DNA of 64,000 nucleotides from Paraspadella gotoi (GCA_051294375.1 CM119268.1:23225070-23289069), one strand, 5' to 3'; positions 13,101 through 26,144 are shown, counted from the stretch's first letter. Made by a program: numbers and translations. Notes: generated by a model from the letters alone, not told the origin.

Positions 13101-13634
13101 CCGGGATCAATCCCCATTGGTACCTCCCAAGCGGGGAGCGTGAGGGCGTCCAAAAAACGCCTAAAGGGCTTGGAAAACCCTCAAGCCTGGTTTCATTGCC
13201 GATGAGAGGGCACAGAAGTTACAGTTCACTGAACCTGACGTGATCACCAGTATGGATAAGTGAAAAATACTTTCAGTAACTTCTGTGTCCCCGCAGCAGT
13301 AATGGAATGTTTCCTGGACTTGAAACCAGGCTTGGGTATTCTGCAGGCCCCCAAGGGAGTTCATAACTGTCCTCAAGCTTTGCGCAGAGTAAGTACCATG
13401 AACTGATGGTATTACTCTATGACCTACCAGGTTACGACTGAAGGTTAAATGCTTATAGGGGGGGAAATATATTACAATGCTCCACTAAATATACTTTTTG
13501 AAACTGTAATTATAACTGAACTATTACAAATCATAATAAAGCAAAAATATACTTGATTACAGGATTGTGATTCGACACCGATATTCGCAAATCCAGCCTT
13601 TCCTATCTGCCTCGTTCTTGAGATCCTGCTTCTA

Positions 13635-13670
<36 letters not shown>

Positions 13671-14129
13671 AAAATAACTGAGAATAATTTTCTAGTTTAA
13701 ATACTATTTGAAATGATAATCTTAAAAATTATAATAATACTTAATAATAATATTAATAATAATAATAATAATATATAAAAATACATAATGTACATAAATG
13801 AATGGATAATTTTAATATTGTTTGTACGAATTTCATAATATTATTAATAAAAAACATAATAATAATAATAATAAAAATAATAATAATAATGATAATTATT
13901 ATTATTATTATTATTATCATTTAGAAAGTAATACTGAATTATTTGGAATCATTTTCCGTTATTTTCATCAAAATATTTTACACAATAATTAGACTATTTG
14001 ATATTCATGAATACATTTTTTTCACAGATAGTAGCCCTTGCTATGACTTCCTGCTATTATCCCTACAGAAAGAACAACATTGCTATAGAGAAAACATCGG
14101 GTTTTTTCCCGGTGATGCAATTTCAATAA
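7638..14129 (+). CDS. Small four-TM membrane protein (tetraspanin/MS4A-like topology); exons ~7638-7766, 8409-8546, 11397-11465, 13563-13635, 14032-14129; ~170 aa
   Basis: Spliced: MFQLDEKTLKRIIIGISSVNLIVGTPVTIVGIYYLFDNEKHQG|EWLVVGILGIEAIAGGIQGILLMTCQNTKTPIIICLLNLCLALTFD|VIVMGFAVIPKNLQMWLCDIGKE|DCDSTPIFANPAFPICLVLEILLL|VALAMTSCYYPYRKNN...*. Last acceptor is uncertain. Confidence 0.6.
8779..9454. mobile_element. MITE-like element with internal TTAGGG-containing tandem repeats
   Basis: Imperfect TIRs ttctagtt..tggcgatttcgc / gcgaagtcgcca..aactagaa; internal ~120-bp repeats with ggttagggtt. Confidence 0.55.
10238..11350 (+). mobile_element. HINE family A copy (intronic)
   Basis: Both termini present; partial copies at 4333-4435, 9518-9730, 59370-59402 and 63938-64000. 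Confidence 0.72.
10845..10925. ncRNA. Degenerate inverted hammerhead pair
   Basis: Plus: ctgatga-a-gactct(aactgc)agagtt-gaaac. Minus: actct(cactgc)agagtc-gaaa, lacking CUGA. Confidence 0.5.
12428..12470 (-). ncRNA. Minimal type I hammerhead ribozyme, inverted partner
   Basis: On minus: agcg-CUGAAGA-a-ggctc(gtatgt)gagac-GAAAC-au-GUC-cgtt; one helix II mismatch. Confidence 0.65.
12500..12545 (+). ncRNA. Minimal type I hammerhead ribozyme, Penelope-like-element type
   Basis: aacg-CUGAUGA-a-ggctt(gaaagca)aagcc-GAAAC-au-GUC-tgtt; palindromic acatgt in helix III. Confidence 0.75.
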
Positions 14130-14889
14130 ATTTGGTACCGATCGACGTGGAATTAAGTCTAGTTTACTCATGTAAAATCTTATTAAAAACGGTCCACGCG
14201 TTCAAAAGTTATGAAAAAAAAGATGAAAAAATAGTGGCTTCCAGGGGGATCAACTTTTACTGCTAAACAAGTGAAAAAGTGGTTAACATAAGATTTGAAC
14301 TACTACCGACCGAATCGATGGTAAAGCCGAAATCCTATTGGCCGCTTCCATTTGGGCCTCACTCAATCAGAGAGCTTTATTCTATTTCGGTGATCTTTGC
14401 CCTGAGTCTCCGATCCGATTCCATCTCCGTATCTCCTGTAATGATAGGAAAGGAATTTATAAAAGAATGAGGTTATATGATTACTGATAAAACTTAAATA
14501 AGCGATTGAATGATAATTTAATGCAAATTGGTTTATAATTTGATGACGACGATTACCGTAGTATTACCACCAATAAGCTCTTTAGTCCTAATTTATAACT
14601 AACTTTATTAGTTTTGCTTAATGCAATATATACCTTGCGGTGACAACAACAACAATGAGACTGACATTTATCCAAGGTCAGGTTACTGACCTTTAACCGG
14701 CCTTACCTTGTTACTATTGTTTAGCGTTTTCCATTATTTTCTTACTTACCATTTTGATCATTACTGAAAACCAAAAACCACTCTATATTTTTCTCTCCAA
14801 AAATCAGCAAAGTCAGATCCCAAACTGTTGAACCCGTCTTATAATATTTTTTATACAACTTTCTCATGCTTTTGTAAAAAAAAAATTTC

Positions 14890-16831
14890 TCCTCACCCGG
14901 TCTTGTCGCCGCCTCTGGCCGTCGGCGTTGCCCCCAGTTGAGTCCAGTAGGGTCAATTGTTGAAATGCCACATGAATCATCTTGAGGAAAGGGCGGAGAA
15001 CCGACTCACCGGTCACCTCGAGAACCTGCAGGCGTCACTTGGTCCTATCATTAACAGCGTCCGGTATCCGCGATCTCTCGCGCTGAACGCCATCCTTCTA
15101 CTGCCTCTAGCTCGTCCGCCACTCGCCACACCGTCGATCCAGCGCCTGGGAACTTGGGAGCAGCCGGCGCTCGCGAAAGCTCTGCAGAGGCGCCGCAAAC
15201 TCCTTGGGCCGGATTACCTGCCGCAGATTGCTTCTGAGACTTGGTTTGACAAGCGACGTTGTACACCAAATAAATTTGATGTTAAACTTTGCTAATGTTT
15301 TTGAATATGTCATTTTAATTAAATTTAATAATCAACCATTAATGATTTTTAAATTACTTGATAATTCACTAATTATGATCAGTAACTTAAATGTGGTGGC
15401 AGTGGTGATATTCGAATGTTTATAAACACGCTAGTCAACAAAACCTCTGATTCGTGAACCGCGGCTGGCTCGACGAAGTGCTATGGTTATTAGGGTGGAG
15501 TGATGAAAAGATTGAACATTATTTTTTTACTGCCTATGGATATATAATCAATGAATTTTAAATCCTTTTAAAAATATTTTTAGTATAACAGTATAGTAAA
15601 TTCAATTATTTATGTAGTAATATCCTTATAAAATCATTAAATTTCAAAATAAATTTGTTTTTATTTTTAAGAACAGATTTGGATTCGCCATAAAAAAACT
15701 AAGAAACTTTTATAAAATATGTTATATGATATTTTAATGTTTAGACTTTAAAAAATGATTAAAATGTTTTAACATATATAAGTTTTTACTACAGAGAGTA
15801 AAAAAGTGATGAATTTTCATCTTTTTTCCTTTTTTAAATGCTGAAGATGACAGAATTTTTGATAACATGTTTTATATTTTTGATTTAACTTTTTATGAAG
15901 AATCTGAATCTTTATTAAAAGTTTTAAAAAAATTATTTTTAAAATTACTATTTTATAAGAATATTACTACAAATATATTATATTTTACTATTCAGTTCGA
16001 AAAAATATGAATACAATATTTTTTGTACTATTTAATTATTATAAATTAATAATTATTCAAATAATTTTTTTGTTCTTGAGTACTCCACTCTAATGGTTAT
16101 TGCTGCGGTTGAGACACGAGACCGTCGACGGAAGATTGAAAGCGTCGCTGAGATGGTTTGTAATTTCTGTCGCCATTTTTTAAAATCTGATTCGAGGAAA
16201 GAATCGGGTAAAAAATGATTTTAAAAAATGAAAGGGAGTTCGGTTTTGGATAAGGGATCAAGGAAAATTCTTTTTTCTTATTCAATTCGAGGGGCAGTGG
16301 AAGGGAGAAAAAAGTTTATTTTGGGAAAAGGTGCAACGTTTTTGTTCGGGGTAGAAATCACAAGGTGAAAGTTTATTGGTTGGAATTTGGAAGGTTTGTT
16401 TCGGGAAGGTTGCGTGATTTATTCTTTAGTCGGGCAATCACCATTATGGCGACGGGAATATTTGATATAAGGAGACGGGTTTAAACGAAGATACATTTAA
16501 TACAATGTACAAAGAGTTAAACATTAACAATAATAAACGGGGAACGAGAAAGTGTTAAAGAGATTTCGAGTCGTGTTCTTCGTCGTGAGCTTGTCGGCTT
16601 TTATAGCAGAAAGTCGGCATAGGTGTCCTCAGCGTGAGGCGACTTACCACAGGTCAGTGGCTAATCAACCACAGGTCAGTGGCTAATCAACCACCGGCTA
16701 CCACGGTGGCCAGAGATATGACCCACATGACCTAAAACGTCCTCCATAGTGTTTTGTATGTGCATACAGGGCCGCGTAAAGAATCCCAGAGACAAAAGAC
16801 GTCGGAATACTCTTATTTCACGATTGCTACA
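14890..16831 (-). mobile_element. LTR retrotransposon relic: LTR 16445-16831, PBS, leader and degenerate internal sequence
   Basis: On minus: tgtagcaa...tcgccata termini, internal tataaaa and attaaa, then tggtgattgcccgac (similar to the tRNA-Trp-type PBS tggtgaccccgac); ATG at ~16155. Assignment of the GC-rich block 14890-15270 is tentative. Confidence 0.65.
15491..16092. mobile_element. hAT-type non-autonomous DNA transposon (MITE)
   Basis: TIRs tagggtggagt...actccactcta with a perfect 8-bp TSD atggttat (15483-15490 and 16093-16100). Confidence 0.85.
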
Positions 16832-18306
16832 CCCAGAAACAAAAGACAACGCAGAAATTGATCATTCAGTTGAAAAGATATAATTAAGGTCGGCGAGACG
16901 TGGAAAATAATGCCCGAAAAAGTAGTTAATTCAATTGTTAAATTAAACAAGCAAGCTTGGTAAAATTTAAAAATAAATACCTTGTCTTAGCCAAGTCAAG
17001 AATCTATCTGACTGTGTAGCCATACCCATGTATTTAGTCTATTTTATTTGGTTTTCTGTTTGAAAACTGAGCCTGACCAAAAAAAGCGTGAAAACTCGGA
17101 ATTATGATTTCCCTTCGCCCGAAACGAATGTTTTCTCTAAATGATGATAATGAGATGTAAATGTTTTAACAAAAATAAAAGATTTGTAAGAAATAAAAAT
17201 TTGCATAGTTACAAAGTATACTTAATATAGTATACATAGTTACATAGTATATATAGTAGGGGGACGTGTAAGTTTGAAATCAAAATTTAGCAATTAAATT
17301 TTGAAAACTATGCGGACAGAGTTAAACTGAGATAAAATCATTACATATCTCTAACACTTATTATCTCTCTCTTCCTTTTTTTATTACTGACTCTCTCTTC
17401 GTCTCTCTTTCTCCATCTTTTTATCTTTCAAAAATGGGCACTTATTTTCAAAGATGCCCCCTTGCTGCGGCTCCTGAAGCAGCGGACTCAAACACAAGCA
17501 CAAAACTCGTATATTTTGCGGCTTCCATCATCGTTTTATTCGTCACTCCTTTTGTCGTCGCTCTCACCGTCGCAACTGCTTCAATTGTTCAAATTATCGT
17601 CGTCGTTTCTGTCAATCCCGATCCTGACGGAGACTTAATTCTTTCTCTTGCTGAGTCACCCAGCAAGCCAGAATTTTATTGTTGCAAAAGTAGCGTCAGG
17701 AAAAATTACCCTAATTCCTTACCCTAATCCCTAACCCTAATCTTTTACCCTAATCCCTAACCCTAACCCCAACACTAATCCCTAATATCTATCCTCTAAA
17801 CTAACCTTATCCCTTACCGAAACCCGAAACAATTAATCCATCGTTCAAATTATCGTTCAAATTATTGTTGTCCTATTTGTCGATCCTGACTCTCAGTCAT
17901 TCAGCCAGAGAGAGCGAGAGAGATTCGCTGCTCCGTCAAGGGGCATTGATGATTGTAAAGGCCCAAAAATGTTCCTTCTCAGTCTAAAGATTCCTTTAGA
18001 TTCCTTTCCTAACTTCTGCTATTGTTATCGATTTCACACTTGATAGATAATTGTTAAACCTGTAATTTACCCAGAGCTTTTTGGTAAAAAAGTTTTGCAC
18101 TTTAATAAGCACGTTATCGTTTACTTTTAAAATTAAAAAAAAAATCCAAATACATAGGGTAATCTTTAAAGTGGCGCAATTTTTTTTGTACATGACTGTA
18201 TATGATTGAAGGAATGAACGAAGAGAGAAATGAAAGCGATTTAAGTTGACCTCAATCAAGATGACCTTAATCACAAAGATACGTTCACCAAAACTGTGAA
18301 ACCTCA

Positions 18307-18339
<33 letters not shown>

Positions 18340-20301
18340 TGACTTCTTCTACTTCTTTTTACATTATAAAGTTTCTCTCATTCGAATATCAAGCCAAGAG
18401 CCGAAAACCGATTTTTATCTCTCCCTCTCTTTTAATCAACGTCCATTATTATCAATTACATTTTAACCTTATCTTCTGCAAGTTTATCGTCCGTTTATTA
18501 TTGTTTCGAATATTTGTAATACGTTGTTAAAACGTAAAAGCTCTCGCCTTTGTTATTTACTTTTCAAGTAGTTAATATGAAATTAATTAAATTAGACCAA
18601 GGTCTTAATTCTTTGTGACGACGGTCTCCGAATAACGAATGAATACATCTGGAAGTCACCGTTGCCAAGAGACGCAATGATTCAACCTGACGCAGTTAAT
18701 CGTCAAAATGTTTTTCATTAACATCATCGTTTCCTAATTACATGGAAAATGTCATTCTTTGACATGACATGATTGCCTATCGCTTTCAAAGCTATAACTG
18801 CGTAAGAGAAATTGCAATTTACAGGCAATCACGAGATTATATTTATTAATGATATACGTTATATATATATACTATTTATATTATTATATATATTTATTAA
18901 CGATATACATAGTCGACAAACATTGATAGATTAATAGATTGTATCATAATTTTTTTATAATATTATTGCCACTGTAATAAAATTTTATAGCATGACTTGT
19001 TAGATATTAAAATACAGAAATAAAAGATAAAAGAGTAGTTTTAAATTGATATAAAAAACGTGTTTTATCGTCATAGCAAGCAGAGTCATAGCAAGCAGAG
19101 TCATAGCAAGCACAGTAAAACTCAATTTAATAATTTGATATTTCATCATTTTTTGCAAATATAATATTAAGTTATTACAGTACATATAGAAATATAGGAA
19201 AAAAATCGTTTTGCTTTTGCACAGATGAAACATCGAATTATACGTCCTAGTTATAAGTTAATGGAGTATCAGTGCAAAAAAAAAAAAAAAAATTTTCAAT
19301 AGTTTTCGATATATTTTTATCGTCATGTGATGATAGTTTGCAGAAAATAATCAAAACAATTCGTTTCTGTATCTCAGCAACTCAGATTAGAACTTGGCAT
19401 CGCTCTACCGACGCAAGCAAATAGCAACACGATATTTCTTACTCATCTGCGTTACCCATGTTTCATTTTTGGTTTGCTTCACATATTCCTGAATTGAGCG
19501 CAGCCTACAAAGCTCTACAAAATATTCTTATAATATCATTCAAGTCGTTGATATGATAAAAAAACCAAATCTGAAGTGAAGTAAAATTTTAAAAATATCC
19601 CAAAATTAAAATTTGTTGCATTCTAAATCTTTTTAACCGGACTAATAAGGACCGGCAAGTTAAACGAGTTATGTAAACGTTTTTACAGATTATCATATGA
19701 CTACAAGTATGAAACATGTACACAATTATACAAGTATACCTCACCCGCCAGCTAAATATTAACTAAATTAACTAAGTATTACAACGCATTGACTTTCTGT
19801 TCATTTGATCATTATTTTTTGTGCACAAGTATGCATCTCATGGTGCACAACCTTTTTACCAATCAGTATTGGAAATTATGCAGTATTAGTCGAGTATCAA
19901 AAAAAATAAGTGGGACCGATCAATAGACTGACAAAATGACCGACCGACTGACCGACCAAAAATAAACTTAGTTGCTTCCCGAGTACTCGCGGCGCAACTA
20001 GAAACTAATAATCTGTATTAAATTTTTACGCGACATCATACGTACAGGTTAAATATATTGAGATAAGACGGCTTTTAATTTTTTTCCCCAATATTTCGAT
20101 TTACATTGATAAATCATTTTTGAAAGCAGTCCAAATGTGATTAACACAAAAAGAAAAGATATCGGAGACAAAGGGAGACAGAATTATATGTCCAACCAAA
20201 AACTGTCTTATTTAATAATCTGTATGTTCAGAGTTGGTTATTTAATTAAATCTCAATAATTACTATCACCAAAAAACAAAAACAAAAAAAAAGATATCAA
20301 G

Positions 20302-23300
20302 ATGGATTTGTTATCTTTTGCCTCGTTAATTCTCAATTTGTCACTCAACATTTTCGACTCTGGATCAGATATTCATATGTCAATGATTTACGTATCATCA
20401 AATCAACATTTTCTAAACATCATAGGCTGGATTCTTGTATTTATATTACTATTTCATGCCATATTATCTTCACTTTATTGCGCCTTGTTTTTTGCCAATA
20501 ATGAGAAGCATTATCCCCGATTGGTTGAAACTCGATTGAAAAGATTTCTAACATTTGCTTTCGGATTTTTAGGTTTGGCGTCTTTGCCTTTGCTTGTTGA
20601 TCATCATTTGGATCAACATTTATATTTAAGGTTATAAGTTTTTTTTTAAAAAACTCCTTATTTTTTAAAAATATTTATTACCTCTTAACATAACTGTTTT
20701 AACTAAACTGCACAGAGAAATATTTAAATTTTAAATTATGAAAATAATTAAGTTAGGAATTTAAAATTATCTGCCATTGATTCTATATTGTTCCGATTTT
20801 TTTTCTGCTTTTGTTTTCCCCAACTATTTCCAAATAAAACTTTTTAACTAAATTCAAATCATAAATTTAAAATGATGCAAAAGCCTTTTTAAAGTGTTAT
20901 GTCACAATACGGTATGATGCATATTTGTTACAAATTAGTTATCAAACTGATGAAAGCTTAAGAGGAATAAGACTTAAAAACTCTTTGTATACAAGGAGTT
21001 AAATTTTTGAAATCATATTCAATCATTTTCTTTTACTTAATCTAGAAAAAAATGCGATAATGTTTAAGTTTTTTGGAACTAATACACTTTTTGTTTTCCA
21101 AACAGAAACAAAGATTTGGAGATTTTAAAGAATAATTTGGTTATCAATGTTAATTTTATCCACATTTTGTTGGAATCTTTTCCTCAATTTTTGGTTCAGT
21201 GTTGGGCCACAATGATGTCTTGGGTTATGGCATCAAATGGAAAGCGTTCATTCAGTTTCATTTATCTATTAAACAAGTTTGAGAAAATAATGCCGGATCT
21301 GCCAACGATCATTAGCGGTAAGCAGCTGATCAGATAATTAATTAATTAATATTAATTTTTTTTATTTGTGTCAAAATAGTTTTCCACATTGTCTCGCCTT
21401 TCAGTCACAAAACAACAATCTCAATCACAAAATTAATTAATTAATTTATTAATTACAAATAATTAATGAATTAATTACTTATTTATTAATAATTAATTAA
21501 TGCAGCTTGAATTTACATTTAATATAAAAATAAAAAAAGTATAATCAAATAGTTAAATAGATTGTTTGTTTTTTCCATTTTAACTCATTTCCACTTGAAC
21601 GATTCCATCGCAACTTTATTTCCTGCTCAATCACACACTTTCCTACCCACATACAAAATTTGAAGTGAATAGCCCCATTCACTTATGAGTAATTGGCGTT
21701 CAAATATTGAAATATATTTTTTTGTTTTTTCCATTTTAACTTATTTCCATTTGGACGATTCCATCGAAACTTGATTTCCGGCTCTATCACACACTTCCCG
21801 ACTGACACACAAAATTTTCCAATCCATCCATCCAATCACGAGTAATTGGTGTTTTTCACTAAGACGGGACGGACGGACAGACAGTGGCGGACCAAAAAGT
21901 GAATTATAGAGCCGGAATCTGCTGTAAGCAGATCCGGCTAAAATAATTTTAACAGATTTTTCTTTTTCAGAATTTGAATTTAATGTTTTTTTAGTATCTC
22001 AGTATCATTAATAATTTTTTGTAAGCAATTGCTATCTCTTTGTACATTTTTTCCTTGAATTCTTTCATTCTCTTGACTGCTCAGCTTATGAGCAATATTT
22101 TTGGATTTTACATAAAAGAGTTTGCGGATAAGACAGTAGGTAAGCTGAAGAGTGCTATCTGCAACTTTGTAACCCCTCGAGTAGCCTTAGAACGAGTCCA
22201 GGGCTTTGAACTTTGTTTGGGGTGTCTTCAGACCCCCAAGGAGGTTTACGGCTTGATGGTCATGAGCTGATGGTATTACTCAATGAGCAACCAGTTCACG
22301 ACTGAAGGGGTCATATCTATAGGCGGGGTGAACTTCTTACACTGCCAGATTACAATTTGAAAAACTTTATTGCAGAATGATCGCTTTCTTACAGACTGGT
22401 GCCTCTTGAGTAGAATTTCTGGCGAAAAGACAAATAAAGTTTTCACTTTGATAAATAATTCATTGGAAGAAACTGGAAAGACCTGCAATTGCACCTTGGA
22501 AGGAGGTTTGATAAGTGCTCAAATTTACAAAAAACAAATAAGATGCAGTTGGACCATACAGTCTTATTACTCATTATTGTCTATCGCCCTGTCCACGTTT
22601 AGCATTTCAAAAATGGCCGTTTACAACCGTCAATCACAACTTGCTCAATTTAGGGGATGGACGTCCAAGGTAACAAGCTTTGCTAGCTCATTATTGGGAA
22701 TTACTCAAGGCGTTTATGGATCTAGTATATTTCTCTATCTTGTCAACTGGAAGGCAATCACTTATTCTGTTTGGTTCCAAATGCTGGTTCCTCTTTTGCT
22801 TTTTAGACTCTTTACTCCGTTAGAATTGAAGCAAATGACACAAAATATACGCAAATTTGTTTTTATGCCGCATAAAGCTGAGTCCAAAGTGAACGTGATT
22901 CAACTCGCCTTTATGTTCAGCGTGAATTTTTTCTTGATTTCTCTACTTCTTTCCTTTGACAAACACGACCGGTTAAGTCGTCTGGTCCTTCACGAAGAGG
23001 GCGTTTGGGGCATTTCTCGCATCAGAAATAACCAATCGCCGATTTTAAGGATCGTGAGTTATACTTTTTTCAATGCAAATGGTAGATTAAGTTTTTTAGA
23101 ATGCTTAACGATTAAAGGAACTTTAAGCAACAGAAAAGATTGGGAGAATGTTTTTTTATCTAAATCAAAATGGAGAGGTCAGGATTTTTGTAAAAGTTGG
23201 GAAAACAATTTTACAAAACTAGGGTTATTTAATTTCCAAGGCGAAATTCTAGACCTACGATGTGGAAATTATCTCTTGCTCTTTCCCGACTACGGAATTA

Positions 23301-24415
23301 TTTTGTTTCTTATATTCATCGATTTGATACTAAACTTGCTAGACACTGTTTTTAAAATATTTGCCTCAAAATCTAAGCAAAATTACTTTTTTCCAACAGT
23401 TTTACTCATTACTTTAATTCTAGTTATTTATATGAATATATATTACTTTATAAAGCACATTAATCTTTTATACCTGAATATTTATTTAAGATATTCATTT
23501 CCGATTTTAAATAATCAACCATCAATTCATTTAATATATAAAGGAAAAAGATCGTTTGATGTTTTTTTGATTCCTGAAAAAGTGTGGAAAACAAGAATTA
23601 CCAAGTCACATGAAGCAATGTACATTTTTTCAAGTTTACTGTCAAATTACTTTTTGAATTTAATCACAACTGTTCCGTTATTGTTAGTGATAAGATTGAA
23701 TAAAGAAATATTAAAATTTCTATTTGTTATATTTGGCTTGATTTATTTCTGTTTTTTGTCATTTACATTTTTTTACAAGCGATGGAAAAATACTATTAAT
23801 CGATTCACTTTTAATCATTTTTCTGAAGTTTGTAATTTTTCTATCCCTGAACGCGCTAAATTAGTCAACAAAGACATTTTTAGTACTTTACTCTTCTTTG
23901 TAATAACAAATGAAAATATATTTATAATTTATTCTTTATTTTTCTTTCCAATTTTAGGGATCATTCTCATTAACTTTACAAAAAGATCTATCAAAATTTT
24001 ACTCACTATACTCACAGTTATTCTTCATATCCTATTATGTAAATTAACACAAATGTTGTTAAGCTCCCGTAAAATTGTGCATTTAAACAATAACAATACA
24101 TATTTATTTCCGCTGATGTCTGTAGTCAAAGACTTGGAAAATCTAAAATTTAGAAATGCTTTGGATTTTGAATTTGAAAAATACGCACCGATTCATGCTT
24201 TAGTGGAACAATTCAGTAATTTTGTATTTGTATGTATTCGAAACAACAAGGCTTCTAAGTTTTATGAAAAAATAATAAGAAATTTGAAAAATATTATGTT
24301 AGCTATTGAAGAATTTAATGAAATAGTTGAACCAGATATTCTTGAAAGTTATAATGTAGTGTTCTTTATATTTTCTTTTTTGCCAACTGTTTTTTTATTA
24401 CTGTATGCAATTTGA
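20302..24415 (+). CDS. XKR: XK-related (Xkr scramblase family) protein, 3 exons: 20302-20630, 21106-21223, 22376-24415; ~828 aa
   Basis: N-terminal FDSGSDI matches the XK D.G.D motif; ILLESFPQFLVQ matches the ESxPQ motif; LLSIALSTFSIS follows. Splices ag/gttata, aacag, tgg/gttatg and tgcag keep one frame. aataaa lies ~70 nt after the stop. Confidence 0.82.
21270..21945 (-). mobile_element. HINE family A copy in XKR intron 2
   Basis: aaacaagtttgag...ccggatctgcc at left end; gcagatccggctaaaa at right end. Confidence 0.7.
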
Positions 24416-24606
24416 TTAATATTTCAGTCATTGTGATTGGTCAGTGTAATGTTAATTATAAATCATGTAATAATGTATTGTAATAATAAATAAATACACT
24501 AGAATAATGCAGAAGATTGACATCCGACTTATCCTAAAACTTTCTAATTTTCAAGAAGGAAAAATGAAAAGGCGAATAGCAGGGAGAAAGAAGAAATGAG
24601 AATAAA

Positions 24607-24800
24607 AAAATGATATCTTGAATAAAATAGATTTTTTTCTCATCAAATTGACAAAAAATGATATCTTGAATTAAATAGATTTTTTTCTCATCAAATTGAC
24701 AGAAAATGATATCTTGAATGAAATAAATGTTTTCTCATCAAATTAACAAAAAATTATATCTTGAATGAAATAGATTTTTTTCTCATCAAATTGACAGAAA
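24607..24800. repeat. ~48-bp tandem repeat x4
   Basis: Unit aaaatgatatcttgaatgaaatagattttttctcatcaaattgacag. Confidence 0.85.
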
Positions 24801-25346
24801 AGATTTAAAGCAACATTATCAATTCATTGTAAATGAATGAACTGATTTATGATAAAACACAATTTAGAGTAAAATAGAAAAATACTCGTAAATTTCTCTG
24901 ATATGAGAAGTGTATATTGTAAAAATTGACTAAATTATAAAAAGCAAAGGGTTGACAGTGGGTAATCATCAATGAGCATAAATGACACAATAAATTTTAA
25001 TGCAGGATTTGTTTTTAAATGAAATGAGAAATATAAATGGAATAACAAAATTAATAAAATTAGAATAACAAAATTAAAAATACGAAATAATACGAAATTT
25101 ACCGGGGTAAAAAAAAAATAAAATAAAATAAAAAGACTGCGCAACGATCAGAAAAAAATAAGAACATAAAAAATATGAACAAACAAACAAACAAACACGA
25201 GAAATATTTAATAGATGAAAAAAATAAAACGAAAACAAGAAAATACCCTGTTAAAACAAATGACCATCTGACAATGACATAATGCAATTACATTCAACGT
25301 CACTGAACAAAACGAATCACCCAAAAAAGTGACTTCTATGAATATC

Positions 25347-25391
<45 letters not shown>

Positions 25392-25637
25392 CAGAGTCAT
25401 AGGCACCGGCAGAGATTTTCTTTTGTCTTCCTTTTTTTTTCTGCAATTCTATTCGCCGCTGTCTCAGCCGCCGCCGCCGCCGCCGCCGCCGCCTTTGATT
25501 TCAGTAAAGAGTTTTAATACTTTGTTCTGTTAATGTTTATCGATTTAATTTGTTTATCAAAATGAGAAATTCCGTTTCACTAAATCGTTTTCCGATAATG
25601 AAGTCACTTCATTGGAAGCGATGAGAGAAAGAAAGAG

Positions 25638-25673
<36 letters not shown>

Positions 25674-25839
25674 AGAGAGAGAAGAGACAGAGTTGTTTGC
25701 GGCAGACGTTGCTTTCAGTGGAGCTTTATCCCAGCTTTTGTTTCTCCATGAAATATGGGTTTATTCTGACGGGCTTTAAATCGGAAGTCGTGAAGGCTCT
25801 CTCTCTCTATCTGTCTGTCTGTCTATCTCTCTCTCCTCT

Positions 25840-25898
<59 letters not shown>

Positions 25899-26144
25899 AT
25901 ATGAATCGCTGCCCAGAATCTCAGTCTCCAACTTTGACGTCTGTCTCTTCTGTCATAATGTCATTTCTGTCATTTCTATCACTTCTATCACTTCTATTAT
26001 TTCTATAATTTCTATCACTACTGATATCACTGCTGATTTATTTGACCCTCATTAAACGTTAATAATAACTATAACTATAACTAATAACTTTTTAATAACT
26101 ATTACAAAAATAGCACCTTTAATACATTTTCTTGTTCTTTTTCT

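Noticed and set aside
13161-13376. Conserved peptide GGLxNxQAWFQ in several dispersed ORFs (also 36752-36937)
   Set aside because: Copies have stops and indels and sit behind a tRNA-like head, so a SINE explains them better; the apparent third-position bias rests on too few sites
13563-13635. In-frame TAG at an exon end suggesting stop-codon reassignment
   Set aside because: Another frame is open and more TM-like; the ABCG and XKR models have no in-frame stops under the standard code
18650-18700. RFX X-box-like gttgccaagagac with nearby ETS/CRE half-sites
   Set aside because: Imperfect match and no linked transcription start could be shown
21224-21250. Non-canonical GA/GC donor for XKR exon 2
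   Set aside because: A canonical in-phase GT donor exists at 21224
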